A stretch of DNA of 64,000 bases from Alphaproteobacteria bacterium (GTDB taxonomy: Bacteria > Pseudomonadota > Alphaproteobacteria > UBA828), in NCBI GenBank assembly GCA_963667785.2, contig CAXXMU010000006.1:32001-96000 (forward strand). The letters run 5' to 3'. Made by a program: the position numbers and the translations under genes. The notes under the pieces are model-generated. The model made no database searches. It was not told the origin of the DNA and saw only the letters and a program-made list of their open reading frames with translations. Of this stretch, positions 12,720 through 24,178 are shown piece by piece (position 1 is the stretch's first letter; every line of letters begins with the position of its first letter).

Positions 12720-13811
12720 ATGCCTGCAGAAGCGACCCCAGAAGCAGCGCCGGAAGCGGCCCCAGGAACGGCGACCACGCCCCCGCGCGCGGCGCACCGC
12801 ATCGACCGGGCGGCGCTGGAGCGCTATCTCGGGGAACACGTGCCGGCGGCCGCGCCGATCCGCGCCATCAGCCAGTTCGCGGCCGGGCAGTCCAACCCGA
12901 CCTATCTGATCGAGGGGCCGGAGCGCCGCTTCGTGCTGCGCAAGAAGCCGCCGGGCACGCTGCTGCCCTCGGCCCATCTGGTCGAGCGCGAATACCGCAT
13001 CCTCGCGGCGCTGGCGGAGACCGACGTGCCCGTGCCGCGGGTCCACCACCTCTGCGAGGACCCGGGTATCATCGGCACGGCGTTCTACGTGATGGACCAT
13101 GTGGAAGGCGCGGTCGATCAGGACCCGGCGTGGCCCGCGCTCGCGCCCGAGCGGCGCCGGGCGCTCTACGCCTCGATGGCGGACGTGCTGGCGCGCCTGC
13201 ACCGGGTCGACTGGCGGGCGCTCGGGCTCGCCGACTACGGCCGCGAAGGCAACTACATCGCGCGCCAGATCCGCCGCTGGAGCGGCCAGTACGAGGCCTC
13301 GCAGACCGGTGAGATCGCGGAGATGGACCGCCTGATCGCCTGGCTGCCCGATCACATCCCCGAGAACGACGAGACCACCATCGTCCACGGCGACTACCGG
13401 CCCGGCAACCTGATCGTGCACCCCACGGAGCCCCGCATCGCCGCGGTGCTGGACTGGGAGCTCAGCACCCTCGGCCACCCGCTGAGCGACCTCGCCCACA
13501 ACTGCCTGGCCTTCTCGATCCCGCGCGGCGCCAGCGCCTTGCCGGGGCTGGGCGGGGCCGATTTCGCCGCGCTCGGGCTGCCGGCAGAAGAGGACTATCG
13601 CGACGCCTATTGCGAACGCGCGGGCCGCGGGCCGATCGCCGACTGGCGCTTCTACATGGCCTTCGCCTTCTTCCGCATGGCGGCGATCTGCCAGGGGGTC
13701 TACGCGCGCGGCCTCAAGGGCAATGCGAGCGCGGCCAACGCCCACGAATATGGCGACCGCGCACGGGCGCTCGCCGCGCTCGGCTGGGAGAAGGCCTCGG
13801 GCCCGGCCTGA
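12720..13811 (+). CDS. Phosphotransferase (APH/ACAD10-N-like) family protein
   Basis: GQSNPTY, VLRKKPPG, HGDYRPGN, AVLDWELSTLGHP. Confidence 0.9.
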   Translation: MPAEATPEAAPEAAPGTATTPPRAAHRIDRAALERYLGEHVPAAAPIRAISQFAAGQSNPTYLIEGPERRFVLRKKPPGTLLPSAHLVEREYRILAALAETDVPVPRVHHLCEDPGIIGTAFYVMDHVEGAVDQDPAWPALAPERRRALYASMADVLARLHRVDWRALGLADYGREGNYIARQIRRWSGQYEASQTGEIAEMDRLIAWLPDHIPENDETTIVHGDYRPGNLIVHPTEPRIAAVLDWELSTLGHPLSDLAHNCLAFSIPRGASALPGLGGADFAALGLPAEEDYRDAYCERAGRGPIADWRFYMAFAFFRMAAICQGVYARGLKGNASAANAHEYGDRARALAALGWEKASGPA

Positions 13812-13815
13812 GTTC

Positions 13816-13991
13816 GGGAGCGTGTCCGCTTTACACGGATACGCTCCCGCTCTTTATCGCTCACGGCAGCCGGCCTGCGGCCGGCGCCGTCGCGCGTCCA
13901 CGCGCGCGGAGCGCACGATGCGAGGGCGCCGCATAAGCGGCGGGCCGCGGTCGCGGCCTGTCGCGTATCCGTCAAAGACGGAAACGCTCTA
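13816..13991. repeat. Intergenic palindromic MITE-like repeat, family 1 copy 1
   Basis: Highly similar to 17914-18064; hairpin GAGCGT.TCCG...CGGA.ACGCTC at both ends. Confidence 0.85.
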
Positions 13992-14210
13992 ATTGCCTTC
14001 GGAGGACGCCGCGGCGCCGGCCAGGAAGACGCTCAGGATCGCGGCAGCGGCGATCAGCGCCTCGGTCCGGGCCGACTGGCCGGGAGCGTTCGCATCGCCG
14101 CCGGCGTCGCGGCTGACGCAGCCCGCCACCTGGCTGCCCGCGAGCAGCAGGACCACGGCGAGCGCGGCCACTTTCGTTCTCAGGCCCGCACGTCTCGGAC
14201 GATGTGCCAT
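13989..14210 (-). CDS. Small hypothetical membrane lipoprotein
   Basis: Basic N-terminus, hydrophobic stretch, VAG|C lipobox, second hydrophobic segment. Confidence 0.45.
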   Translation of the reverse strand: MAHRPRRAGLRTKVAALAVVLLLAGSQVAGCVSRDAGGDANAPGQSARTEALIAAAAILSVFLAGAAASSEGN

Positions 14211-14389
14211 CGCCCTTCGTGTTATCGCCTCGCCCGGCAGGCCGCAAGGGCCGCGAGGGACGCGGACGCCGAGCCGGCGGTTGCGCGCACAGGCCCGGAT
14301 CGGCGATAGAGTGATGCGCCTGCAGCCGGCCGGACGCCGGCGGCGCGCAGGCGCGGGCGCGTCCCGCTCATCGTCTCGGGCATCGATCC

Positions 14390-15650
14390 ATGCGCATTGC
14401 GGTCATCGGTCTCGGCTATGTCGGCCTGCCACTGGCAGCCGCGCTCAGCCACCACTTCGAGACGCTGGGCTTCGACATCAGCGAACTCCCGCATCGACGA
14501 GCTGAGGACGGGCCTGGACCGCACCGGCGAGCTCTCGCCCGAGCGACTCGCCGCCGCCCCGCTGGGGCTCACCGCAGAGGCGGACGACATCGCCGGCGCG
14601 GACGTCTTCATCGTGACCGTGCCGACGCCGCTCGACGAGGAGAAGCGCCCCGATCTCGGCGCCGTGCTGGCCGCCTCGCGCACCATCGGCGCGCGCCTCG
14701 GCAGGGGCGCGCTCGTGGTCTACGAGAGCACGGTATGGCCCGGGGTCACCGAGGACATCTGCGTGCCGGAGCTGGAGCGCGCGTCCTCGCTCGCCGCCGG
14801 CACGGACTTCCACGTCGGCTATGCGCCGGAGCGGATGAACCCCGGCGATCCGGCGCACGGGCTGGAGCACATCGCCAGGGTGGTGGCCGGCCAGACGCCG
14901 GAGATCGCCGAGCGGCTGGCCGCGCTCTACGGCACGGTCAACGGCGGCAACGTCTTCATCGCCCGCGACATCCGCACCGCCGAGGCCGCCAAGGTGATCG
15001 AGAACGCCCAGCGCGACGTCAACATCGCCTTCATCAACGAGGTCGCGCAGGTCTTCTGCACGCTGGGGCTCTCGACCCACGACGTTCTCGACGCGGCCCG
15101 CACCAAGTGGAATTTTCTGGACTTCAGGCCGGGGCTCGTCGGCGGGCACTGCGTCGGCGTGGACCCCTACTATCTGGCGCACCGCGCGGAAGAGGTCGGC
15201 AGGGACCCGCTGATCGTCCTCGCCAGCCGGCGCACCAACGAGGCGATGGGGTCCTTCATCGTCGAGCAGATCGAGCGGCGGCTGGAAGGCGCGACGGGGC
15301 CGGTGCTCGTCCTCGGCATCACCTTCAAGGAGAACGTGCCGGACATCCGCAACACCCAGGTGCCGGAGATGGTCGCGGCGCTGGCTGCGCGCGGCATCGA
15401 GACCGCGGTGCACGACCCCTTCGCCGATCCGGACGAGGTGGAGAGACGCTACGGCATCCGCCTCCTGCCGGGGCTCGACGGCGCCGGCGGCTACGCCTGC
15501 GTGCTCGGCGTCGTGGCCCACGCCCCCTACCGGGCGTTCACCAGCGCCACCTTCGCCTCCCTGCTGGCGCCGGGCGGCCTCGTCGCGGACATCAAGAACA
15601 TGTGGCGCGACACGCCGCTGCCGGCGGGCCTCAGACGCTGGACCCTCTGA
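14390..15650 (+). pseudogene. Nucleotide-sugar (UDP-GlcNAc/UDP-glucose type) dehydrogenase with +1 frameshift
   Basis: MRIAVIGLGYVGLPLA in one frame; TVPTP, YESTVWPG, AKVIENAQRD, GGHCVGVDPYYL in the next frame; switch at about 14486-14490. Confidence 0.8.
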
Positions 15651-16327
15651 ACAGGCCGGCGCTTGCCGATGGCCGCCGGCAGCTCGGCGAAATCCTCGAT
15701 CACGGCATCGGCGCCGAGCGCGTGCGCGGGCGTCGGGCTGTAGCCGTAGGCCGTCACGATCGCGGGCATCCCGGCGCCCTGCGCCGCATCGACGTCGGCT
15801 GCGCTGTCGCCGACCATGACCGCGCGCGCGGGCGCAGCACCGAGCGCCGCCAGCGCCTCCCGCAGATGGCCGGGATCGGGCTTCATCTTCGCCACCGTGT
15901 CGCCCGCGAGCACCGCGCCTACGTGACGGTCGATCCCGAAATGGGCGAGCAGCCGGCGCGTGGAGCACTCCCCCCTGTTGGTGCAGACGGCGAGCGAGAC
16001 GCCGCCGTCGCGAAGCCGCTCCAGCGTCGCCGCCACCGAGGGAAACAGCCTGATCCTCTCGGTCTCGATCTCGAAGTAGTAGGCGATCAGCGTCTCGATC
16101 AGACGCCGCAGCGTCGCGTCGTCGGGGCGCTCCTGCCCCTGCGCGGCGAGGGCCGCGAGCAGCAGCCGCTTGGCGCCCTCGCCCGCCCGCTGGCGAAAGC
16201 CGGCGAACGCGACCGGCGCGTGGCCCATCTCCTCCAGAAGCCGGTTGAGCGCCGCGATGAGGTCGGGCGCGGAATCCGCGAGCGTCCCGTCGAAATCGAG
16301 CAGCACCGCGTCCACATGCTCTCGCAT
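15527..16327 (-). CDS. gph: HAD hydrolase, phosphoglycolate phosphatase-like
   Basis: LLDFDGTLADS, CTN, KPDP, MVGDSAAD; divergent from glmU as usual; stop lies inside the convergent gene. Confidence 0.82.
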   Translation of the reverse strand: MREHVDAVLLDFDGTLADSAPDLIAALNRLLEEMGHAPVAFAGFRQRAGEGAKRLLLAALAAQGQERPDDATLRRLIETLIAYYFEIETERIRLFPSVAATLERLRDGGVSLAVCTNRGECSTRRLLAHFGIDRHVGAVLAGDTVAKMKPDPGHLREALAALGAAPARAVMVGDSAADVDAAQGAGMPAIVTAYGYSPTPAHALGADAVIEDFAELPAAIGKRRPVQRVQRLRPAGSGVSRHMFLMSATRPPGASREAKVALVNAR

Positions 16328-16453
16328 CCCCGGCGATGGTGGGGGAAGGCGCCCGCATTGACAAGGAGCGCCGGCGGACATGCTATGATGACAGGACTCG
16401 CATGGCCCCACCGATCCGGCGCCGGACATCCCGAAACAGATGAGACATTGGGC

Positions 16454-17917
16454 GTGAGCCAGGCGGTCTCCCATCCCTCCCCTGCGGACCGGGCCTCCGA
16501 GCCCGAGAGCGCCAGCGGCGAGCCGCGCCCGCTGATCGCCGCGCTTGCCCCCGCCGTGCCGGTGGAAGGGCTCGCCTGCGTCGTGCTCGCGGCCGGCAAG
16601 GGGACGCGCATGCGCTCGGCCCGGCCCAAGGTGCTCCACCCCCTCGCCGGGCGGCCGATGGTGGGCCACGTGCTGGCCAACGTCCGGGCGCTCCGGCCCG
16701 AGCGCGTGGTCCTGGTGATCGGGCCCGAGCTCGAGGCCGAGACCGCCGCTCTGCGGGAAGCCGCAGGCCCATTCGACTGCGTGGTGCAGGCGGAGCCGCT
16801 CGGCACCGCCCACGCGGTGGCGCAGGCCCGCCCGCTGCTGGCGGACTATTGCGGCGACGTGCTGGTCATCTTCGCGGACACGCCGCTCGTGCGGGGCGAG
16901 ACCCTGGCCGGGCTCGTCCGCACCCGGCGCGAGAGCGCGGGCGCGGGCGCCGCGGTGCTGGGCTTCCGCCCGGCGGACCCGGGCGCCTACGGCCGGCTCA
17001 TCCTCGCGCCGGACGGGACGCTGGAACGAATCGTCGAGGCCGCAGGCGCGAGCGAGGCGGAGCGCGCGGTCACGCTCTGCAACGCAGGCCCCATGGCGAT
17101 CGACGGGCGCCGGCTCTTCCCCCTCATCGACGCGATCGGCAACGACAATGCGAAGGGCGAGTACTACGTGACCGACATCCCCGCCATCGTCTCAGGCGAA
17201 GGCGGCACCTGCACCGTCACGGAGGCGCCCGACGACGAGGTCATGGGAATCAACGACCGCATCCAGCTCGCCGCCGCCGAGCGCGTGGTCCAGGACAGGC
17301 TGCGCCGGGCGGCGATGGAGGCGGGCACGACCCTGGTAGAGCCCACGACGGTCTGGCTCAGCGCCGACACGCGGCTCGGCGCCGACGTGAACATCGGCCC
17401 CAACGTGGTGATCGGCCCGGGCGTCACCATCGGCGACGGCGCCGAGATCAGGCCCTTCAGCCATCTGGAAGGGGTGCGGGTGGGACGGCACGCCACGATC
17501 GGCCCGTTCGCCCGGCTCAGGCCCGGCAGCGACATCGGCGAGGGCGCGCGCGTCGGCAACTTCGTCGAGGTGAAGAACAGCACGGTCGCCGAGGGCGCGA
17601 AGATCAACCATCTGAGCTATGTCGGCGATGCGGGCGTCGGCGCGGGCGCGAACATCGGCGCCGGCACCATCACCTGCAACTATGACGGCTACGCCAAGTC
17701 CCGCACCGAGATCGGCGAAGGCGCCTTCATCGGCTCCAACTCGGCGCTGGTGGCGCCGGTCTCCGTCGGCTCCGGTGCGGTGGTGGGCGCCGGCAGCGTG
17801 ATCACCGAGGACGTGGAGGCGGATTCCATCGCAGTCGCGAGGGGTGAGCAGAGCGAGCGCAAGGGCGCCGCCGCGCGCAGGCGCGCCCGCCGCCGGACCA
17901 AGGCGACCGGAGACTAG
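16454..17917 (+). CDS. glmU: Bifunctional UDP-GlcNAc pyrophosphorylase/glucosamine-1-P acetyltransferase
   Basis: LAAGKGTRMRS, GEYYVTD, GPFARLRPG, NHLSYVGDA, GTITCNYDG; start codon uncertain. Confidence 0.95.
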   Translation: MSQAVSHPSPADRASEPESASGEPRPLIAALAPAVPVEGLACVVLAAGKGTRMRSARPKVLHPLAGRPMVGHVLANVRALRPERVVLVIGPELEAETAALREAAGPFDCVVQAEPLGTAHAVAQARPLLADYCGDVLVIFADTPLVRGETLAGLVRTRRESAGAGAAVLGFRPADPGAYGRLILAPDGTLERIVEAAGASEAERAVTLCNAGPMAIDGRRLFPLIDAIGNDNAKGEYYVTDIPAIVSGEGGTCTVTEAPDDEVMGINDRIQLAAAERVVQDRLRRAAMEAGTTLVEPTTVWLSADTRLGADVNIGPNVVIGPGVTIGDGAEIRPFSHLEGVRVGRHATIGPFARLRPGSDIGEGARVGNFVEVKNSTVAEGAKINHLSYVGDAGVGAGANIGAGTITCNYDGYAKSRTEIGEGAFIGSNSALVAPVSVGSGAVVGAGSVITEDVEADSIAVARGEQSERKGAAARRRARRRTKATGD

Positions 17918-18064
17918 AGCGTGTTCGCTTTACACGGAAACGCTCTAGCCTCTTTGTCGCTCACGGCAGCCGGCCTGCGGCCGGCGCCTGCGCGGGCGCG
18001 CCGCATAGGCGGCGGGCCGCAGTCGCGGCCTGTCGCGTATCCGTCAAAGACGGATACGCTCTAG
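17914..18064. repeat. Intergenic palindromic MITE-like repeat, family 1 copy 2
   Basis: CTAGAGCGT...ACGCTCTAG terminal inverted repeats; includes the glmU TAG. Confidence 0.85.
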
Positions 18065-18093
18065 GAGCGAACGGGAGAGGGAGCGCCGGCAGC

Positions 18094-19913
<1,820 letters not shown>

Positions 19914-19917
<4 letters not shown>

Positions 19918-21095
19918 GCGAGCGGGCGGCCCTGATCGACCTCGACGAGGATCATGCCGAGCTGCGCGAGCCGGTCCGCGCGCTGTGCGCACGCTATCCC
20001 GGCGAGTACTGGCGCGAGAAGGACCGCGAACGCGCCTATCCGGAGGAGTTCGTGCAGGCGCTCACCGAGGCGGGCTTCCTGGCGGCGCTGATCCCGGAGC
20101 GCTACGGCGGCAGCGGCCTCGGCATCGGCGCGGCGGCGGCGATCCTCGAGGAGATCCACGCATCCGGCTGCAACGGCGGCGCCTGCCACGCCCAGATGTA
20201 CACCATGGGCACGGTGCTCAGGCACGGCTCCGAGGCGCAGAAGGGGACTTACCTGCCGGAGATCGCGAGCGGCGCGCGCCGGCTCCAGGCCTTCGGCGTC
20301 ACCGAGCCCACCACCGGCTCCGACACCACCCAGCTTCGCACCACCGCCGAGCGCCGCGCCGACGGCGACTACACCGTGAACGGGCAGAAGGTGTGGATCT
20401 CGCGGGCCGAGCACTCGGACCTGCTGCTGCTGCTGGCCCGCACCACGCCGGCGGCGGAGACGACGAAGCGCACGGACGGGCTCTCGGTCTTCCTGATCGA
20501 GCTGGAGAACGCGGTCGGCAAGGGGCTGGAGATCAGGCCGATCCGCACCATGATCAACCACGCCACCACCGAGCTCTTCTTCGACGATCTGGTGATCCCG
20601 GCGGCGAGCCTCGTCGGCGAGGAGGGCAAGGGCTTCCGCTACATCCTCGACGGCATGAACGCCGAGCGCATCCTGATCGCGGCCGAGTGCATCGGCGACA
20701 GCCGCTGGTTCATCGAGAAGGCGAGCGCCTACGCCGCCGAGCGCCGCGTCTTCGGCCGCCCCATCGGCGCCAACCAGGGGGTGCAGTTCCCCATCGCCGA
20801 GGCCTACGCGCGGATGGAGGCCGCGCGCCTCATGGTGAGCAAGGCCGCAGCCCTCTTCGATGCCGGCCGCGCCTGCGGGCCCGAGGCCAACATGGCGAAG
20901 CTGCTCGCGTCGGAAGCCTCGTGGAAGGCCGGCGACACCTGCCTCCAGACCCACGGCGGCTTCGGCTTCGCCGAGGAGTACGACGTCGAGCGCAAGTTCC
21001 GCGAGACCCGGCTCTACCGCATAGCGCCCATCTCGACCAACCTCATCCTCGCCTATCTCGGCCAGCATGTGCTCGGCATGCCGCGCTCCTACTGA
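19914..21095 (+). CDS. Acyl-CoA dehydrogenase family
   Basis: FGVTEPTTGSDT, NGQKVWIS, VFGRPIGANQGVQF, QTHGGFG; ATGA overlap with glmS. Confidence 0.92.
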
Positions 21096-21128
21096 GAGAG
21101 GCCGGGCGGGCGCACCGGGGAGCGGCTA

Positions 21129-21908
21129 GTGGCGCAGCTCCCGGCCTATGTCATCAATCTGGATCGCCGGCCGGATCGCCTGGAGGCGATCATGGCCAAC
21201 CTGGAGCGCATCGGCGTGACGGCGGAGCGCATCGCCGCGATCGACGGCGAACGGCTCGATAGCCGCCAGGCGCCCATCACCGCGCTCAGCCCGAGCGAGC
21301 GGGCCTGCGTGCTGAGCCACTGCGAGGCGCTGCGCCGCCTGCTGGCGACATCCCATCCCGCGGCGCTGGTGCTGGAAGACGATGCCGAGATTTCCGCCGA
21401 TACGGCGGCGCTGCTGCAGGCGACCGACTGGTGGCCCGCCGGCACCCGGCTGGTGAAGCTCGACACCATGCGCGACAAGCCCCGGCTCATGGGCCGGCAT
21501 CGCGGCGCCACCCCCAACGGGCGCGCGCTCCGGGCGCTGGTGATCGGCAACCCCGGCGCTGCCGGCTACCTCATCGACCGGGACGCTGCGGCGGCGGTGC
21601 TCGACGCCTGCGCGGCGCAGGACCTGCAGATCGACCTCGCCCTCTTCGACCTCCGGGTCTCCGGCACGGCGAAGCGCCTGCGCCCGGTCCAGGTCCTCCC
21701 CGCCCTGGTGAGGCAGCGGGGTGGCGCGTCTGACATCGACCAGGGGCGGCGGACCGCGCGGCCGGGCGGGCTGCGGGGCCGGGTCAGCCGGCTGGTGCGC
21801 GGCCCGCGCAAGCTGCCCCACCGGGTCTGCGTCCTGGGCTTGCGCATGGTCGGCCGGGTGCGGCGGCACCGGCTGCACTATGTCGACCGGCTGGCCGACG
21901 GGGCCTGA
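21129..21908 (+). CDS. Glycosyltransferase family 25
   Basis: YVINLDRRPDR, ACVLSH, LVLEDDA, AAGYLI. Confidence 0.85.
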   Translation: MAQLPAYVINLDRRPDRLEAIMANLERIGVTAERIAAIDGERLDSRQAPITALSPSERACVLSHCEALRRLLATSHPAALVLEDDAEISADTAALLQATDWWPAGTRLVKLDTMRDKPRLMGRHRGATPNGRALRALVIGNPGAAGYLIDRDAAAAVLDACAAQDLQIDLALFDLRVSGTAKRLRPVQVLPALVRQRGGASDIDQGRRTARPGGLRGRVSRLVRGPRKLPHRVCVLGLRMVGRVRRHRLHYVDRLADGA

Positions 21909-21911
21909 GCC

Positions 21912-23060
21912 GTGAGCACGGACGCAGACGGCCCCCTCGCCGGCCTCCTGGTGGTCTCGGTGGAGCAGGCCGTCGCCGCCCCCTTCGCCACCAGCCGGCT
22001 GGCGGACGCCGGCGCGCGCGTCATCAAGATCGAGCGGCCGGAGGGCGACTTCGCCCGCGCCTACGACCACGTGGTGGGCGGCGAGTGCGCCTGGTTCGTC
22101 TGGCTCAACCGCGGCAAGGAATCGGTCGTCCTCGACATCAAGGACGCAGGCGACAACGCCCTGCTGCAACGCATGATCGCGCGGGCCGACGTCTTCGTGC
22201 AGAACCTCGCGCCGGGCGCCGCAGGCCGCGCCGGCCTCGACTCGGCCGAACTGCGGCGGCGGAATCCCCGGCTCGTCACCTGCGACATCAGCGGCTATGG
22301 CGAGAGCGGCCCCTACGCCGCGATGAAGGCCTACGACTTCCTCATCCAGTGCGAATCGGGCATCGCGTCGGTCACCGGCACGCCGGAATCCGCGAGCCGC
22401 GTCGGCGTCTCGGTGTGCGACATCGGCGCGGGCCTCAACGCCTACGGCGCGATCCTAGAGGCCGTGCTCGCACGCCACCGCACCGGCCGGGGCGGCGGCA
22501 TCGCGATCTCGCTCTTCGACGGCATGGCGGACTGGATGACCGTGCCGCTGCTGCACCTGGAGCATGGCGGCAAGGCGCCGGCGCGCACCGGCCTCCGCCA
22601 CGCCATGATCGCGCCTTACGGCGCCTACCCCGTGGGCTGCGGCGGGCAGATGGTGATCGCCATCCAGAACGAGCGCGAGTGGGCGCGCTTCTGCGAGGCC
22701 ATCCTGGGCGATGCGTCGCTCGCGACCGACGCGCGCTTCGCCGGCCATCCGGCGAGGCTCGCCAACCGGGCCGAGATGGACGCGCTCATCGCCGCCGCCT
22801 TCGCCCGGCATGACATGGAGTCGCTCGCGGCCGCGCTCGGCGCGGCGCAGATCGCCTTCGGCCGGCTCAACGAGGTATCCGGGCTCTCGGCGCACCCGCA
22901 GCTTCGCCGGACGGCGGTCGAAACATCCGCCGGCACGGTCGAGATCGTCGCCCCACCGGCCCGTCACGACGATGCCGACCGCCCCCTCCGCCCGGTGCCT
23001 GCGCTGGGCGAACACAGCGCGGCGATCAGAGCGGAGTTCGGCGAGGGTGACGATCTCTGA
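21912..23060 (+). CDS. CaiB/BaiF family III CoA-transferase
   Basis: AAPFATSRLADAGARVIKIE, NRGKES, ISGYG, AYD, PALGEHS. Confidence 0.92.
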   Translation: MSTDADGPLAGLLVVSVEQAVAAPFATSRLADAGARVIKIERPEGDFARAYDHVVGGECAWFVWLNRGKESVVLDIKDAGDNALLQRMIARADVFVQNLAPGAAGRAGLDSAELRRRNPRLVTCDISGYGESGPYAAMKAYDFLIQCESGIASVTGTPESASRVGVSVCDIGAGLNAYGAILEAVLARHRTGRGGGIAISLFDGMADWMTVPLLHLEHGGKAPARTGLRHAMIAPYGAYPVGCGGQMVIAIQNEREWARFCEAILGDASLATDARFAGHPARLANRAEMDALIAAAFARHDMESLAAALGAAQIAFGRLNEVSGLSAHPQLRRTAVETSAGTVEIVAPPARHDDADRPLRPVPALGEHSAAIRAEFGEGDDL

Positions 23061-23077
23061 CTATGGGAGGGAGAGGA

Positions 23078-23395
23078 ATGCGAACGGCTCTATTGACGCT
23101 TGCCATTGTCCCAATGTGCCTGGGCTCGGCCCTCGCGTGCGACGATCACGTAGGCACGTGCGAAATCGAGGACTGGCGGTGGCAAATCGCAATGGGAATG
23201 CTGTCCATAGAAGCCAGCACAACCTGCGATTCCGGCCTCGCTAATATCCGCTTGTACGACGAGAGCGGGGACGAGCCGCGATTTCTCGGAATTGCACAGG
23301 GAATTGTCGAAGGTCACGCATTGACAGCCTTCGCCACCGACATAACTCGACCAGAGTCTTTATCAATCAAGTACAGCATTGATTCCGTTTTCTGA
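23078..23395 (+). CDS. Small secreted hypothetical protein, lower GC
   Basis: Purine-rich SD, signal peptide ending ALA, Cys residues in mature part. Confidence 0.6.
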   Translation: MRTALLTLAIVPMCLGSALACDDHVGTCEIEDWRWQIAMGMLSIEASTTCDSGLANIRLYDESGDEPRFLGIAQGIVEGHALTAFATDITRPESLSIKYSIDSVF

Positions 23396-23421
23396 GCGAG
23401 AGACTTAGCCGCCCCCAACAC

Positions 23422-23507
23422 CGTCATGCCCGGACTTGTTCCGGGCATCCATATGGGCCGGGTGCGACCGAGAGACGTGGATGGCCGGGACAAGCCCGGC
23501 CATGACG
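23422..23507. repeat. REP-like palindrome, family 2 copy 1
   Basis: CGTCATGCCCGGACTTGTTCCGGGCATCCA...TGGATGGCCGGGACAAGCCCGGCCATGACG; recurs at 26727 and 63508. Confidence 0.9.
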
Positions 23508-23535
23508 TGGCGGAGAGAGTCCTCCCCTCTCGAGT

Positions 23536-23588
23536 CCCCGGACCATGGTGCGGTTCACGGCGCGGGGTGCCGGTGCCAGGGTGGCGCC
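23536..23588 (+). promoter_or_regulatory. Conserved 53-bp leader of gp27-like cassette A (dyad plus -10-like hexamer)
   Basis: 49/53 identical to reverse complement of 51869-51921; dyad CCGGACCATGGTGCGG at 23538-23553. Confidence 0.7.
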
Positions 23589-24146
23589 ATGACGAGCACG
23601 AGCGACCAAGCCACGAAAGACCGCTGCGACCCACGCTCCTCGCTGAGGAGCCTGCCGCCTGCGCTGCTCGATTCCGTCGACACCGCGATCGCCGACGGCG
23701 CCACCATCGACGAGATCACGGCCCTCATCCACGCCGAGGGCGGCACCTGCTCGCGCTCGGCCGTCGCCCGCTACGCCCGGCGGGTGCGCGGCATGGTCGG
23801 CCGGAAGCACGAGGCCGGCCGCATCGTGCAAGGATTGGCTCGGGTGGAGGAGGCGTGCGACGGAGGCCCCGTCAGCGGGCCCGTGATCGAGACCCTGCGG
23901 GAGATGGCGCTGATCGCCCTGGCCGATCTCGACGAGAACGAGGAGCCCGTGCCGCCGGGGGTGATCGCCCGCCTCGCGCTTGCGGTGCACCGCCTGGAGA
24001 GCGCCGACAGGTTCCGCATCGAGCGCGAACGCGAGGCGGCCGAGGCCGAGGCCCGCGCCACCGGCGGGCCTCCCTACAGCCAGGGGCTCTCGGACGAGGC
24101 CGTCGCCATCATCCGCAGGGCGGTCGAATGCGAGTTCTCGCGGTGA
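23589..24146 (+). CDS. Phage Mu gp27 (DUF3486)-like protein, solo copy A
   Basis: RSSL..LPP...VD..I..G.TIDEI...SRSAVARY N-terminal HTH-like pattern and GLSDEAVAIIRR C-terminus; paralog at 51281-51868. Confidence 0.75.
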   Translation: MTSTSDQATKDRCDPRSSLRSLPPALLDSVDTAIADGATIDEITALIHAEGGTCSRSAVARYARRVRGMVGRKHEAGRIVQGLARVEEACDGGPVSGPVIETLREMALIALADLDENEEPVPPGVIARLALAVHRLESADRFRIEREREAAEAEARATGGPPYSQGLSDEAVAIIRRAVECEFSR

Positions 24147-24178
24147 GCGCGCCGCGCCGCCGCCATTCGACCCCCGCT

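Noticed and set aside
14390-17917. 1175-aa ORF apparently fusing a dehydrogenase N-terminus to GlmU
   Set aside because: Artefact of the frameshift plus stop-poor GC-rich DNA; the middle is off-frame and antisense to gph
17918-18093. glmS ribozyme upstream of glmS
   Set aside because: The interval is occupied by a repeat also found at 13816; no ribozyme core recognised
23589-24146. Prophage
   Set aside because: No other phage gene flanks either gp27-like copy
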